From Candidatus Aenigmatarchaeota archaeon (GTDB taxonomy: Archaea; Aenigmatarchaeota; Aenigmatarchaeia; CG10238-14; SCSR01), in the NCBI GenBank assembly GCA_038998335.1, contig JAVZHQ010000001.1, positions 416,001 through 480,000 on the forward strand: 64,000 nt of DNA. The letters are read 5' to 3'. Positions 63,493 to 64,000 of this stretch are shown one piece after another (the stretch's first letter is position 1; each line of letters begins with the position of its first letter). The notes beneath the pieces were generated by a model, which saw only the letters and a list, made by a program, of their open reading frames with translations, searched no databases and was not told the DNA's origin. A program made the position numbers and the translations under genes.

Positions 63493-64000
63493 ATGGCAAT
63501 TAGTGGTAAAAGAGAATCTAAGATTCAAGGAAATTTATTCTATTTATTAAATGAAGTTATAAAAAGGAATCCACGCTTTGACGATGTAGAATTTAAAGAA
63601 GCTGAAATAAATTATCCAGTAAACATAAGTGGCAGAAACTTAGAAGCTGACATAGTGATTTTTGACAAGAATGGTAGATGCTGGCTTGTCATAGAAACTA
63701 AAAGACTAGTTGAAGGAGGATATGATGAAAGATTTGACCCATACAGCCCATATGTTATACAGCAAGCAGCCCAGTACGCCATCGGCCTAGGCGCACCATT
63801 TTTTGCAACCTGTAATGGCGAAGTTTTAGTTCTTTTTGAAACATTTAAAGAGTTTGTACCTCTTCCACAAAGGAAGCAAAAGAGCTACTACCTTAGAAAA
63901 TTTATTCCAGAAGAATTTGCAGAAACATTACTCCAAGACTTAGTTAATCTTAAAAAGGGTATAACTAAATGGCCTCCGTTAGATGAAACTTTTGTAGCTA
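63493..64000 (+). CDS. Restriction endonuclease N-terminal (HsdR_N-like) domain, probable type I/IIG R-M protein; truncated by window end
   Basis: Hand translation MAISGKRES...EADIVIFD...VIETK...QAAQYA...ATCNG; open to the edge. Confidence 0.75.
   Translation, partial: MAISGKRESKIQGNLFYLLNEVIKRNPRFDDVEFKEAEINYPVNISGRNLEADIVIFDKNGRCWLVIETKRLVEGGYDERFDPYSPYVIQQAAQYAIGLGAPFFATCNGEVLVLFETFKEFVPLPQRKQKSYYLRKFIPEEFAETLLQDLVNLKKGITKWPPLDETFVA

Noticed and set aside
1-64000. CRISPR arrays, tRNA/rRNA genes, transposases
   Set aside because: No spaced direct repeats, no GC-rich cloverleaf-sized intergenic segments and no transposase motifs were seen by eye.

Overview
AT-rich, gene-dense archaeal chromosomal segment. 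Gene content and style suggest a DPANN lineage, possibly Aenigmarchaeota-like (inference). It is mostly information-processing genes: tfb, tbp, rpoL, mcm with three inteins, RPA2, rfcS/rfcL, aIF-2beta, aIF-5A, histone, nob1, dph2, aspS, gatDE, glnA, ABCE1, ychF and tRNA modification enzymes. The top finding is that rnhB (RNase HII) is split inside its catalytic DEAGRG motif by a 20-nt insertion (19534..19553). The insertion folds into a bulge-helix-bulge-type splicing-endonuclease substrate, and cutting at the canonical positions restores the frame exactly, so it is a candidate mRNA micro-intron outside the known cbf5 case. Other highlights: (1) a KaiC-like ATPase / KaiC-MglA GTPase fusion / three-roadblock / small-membrane-protein signalling region with a duplicated cassette; (2) a divergent cis-prenyltransferase + class I isoprenoid synthase + G1P dehydrogenase cluster; (3) a shared 25-bp element upstream of tfb and tbp; (4) nucleotide-level identity between the two TBP halves; (5) an uncharacterised MNT-HEPN/TIM-barrel cluster; (6) three micro-ORFs missed by the ORF track. 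No rRNA, tRNA, CRISPR array or transposase was recognised. All calls come from reading motifs by eye; no searches were run.
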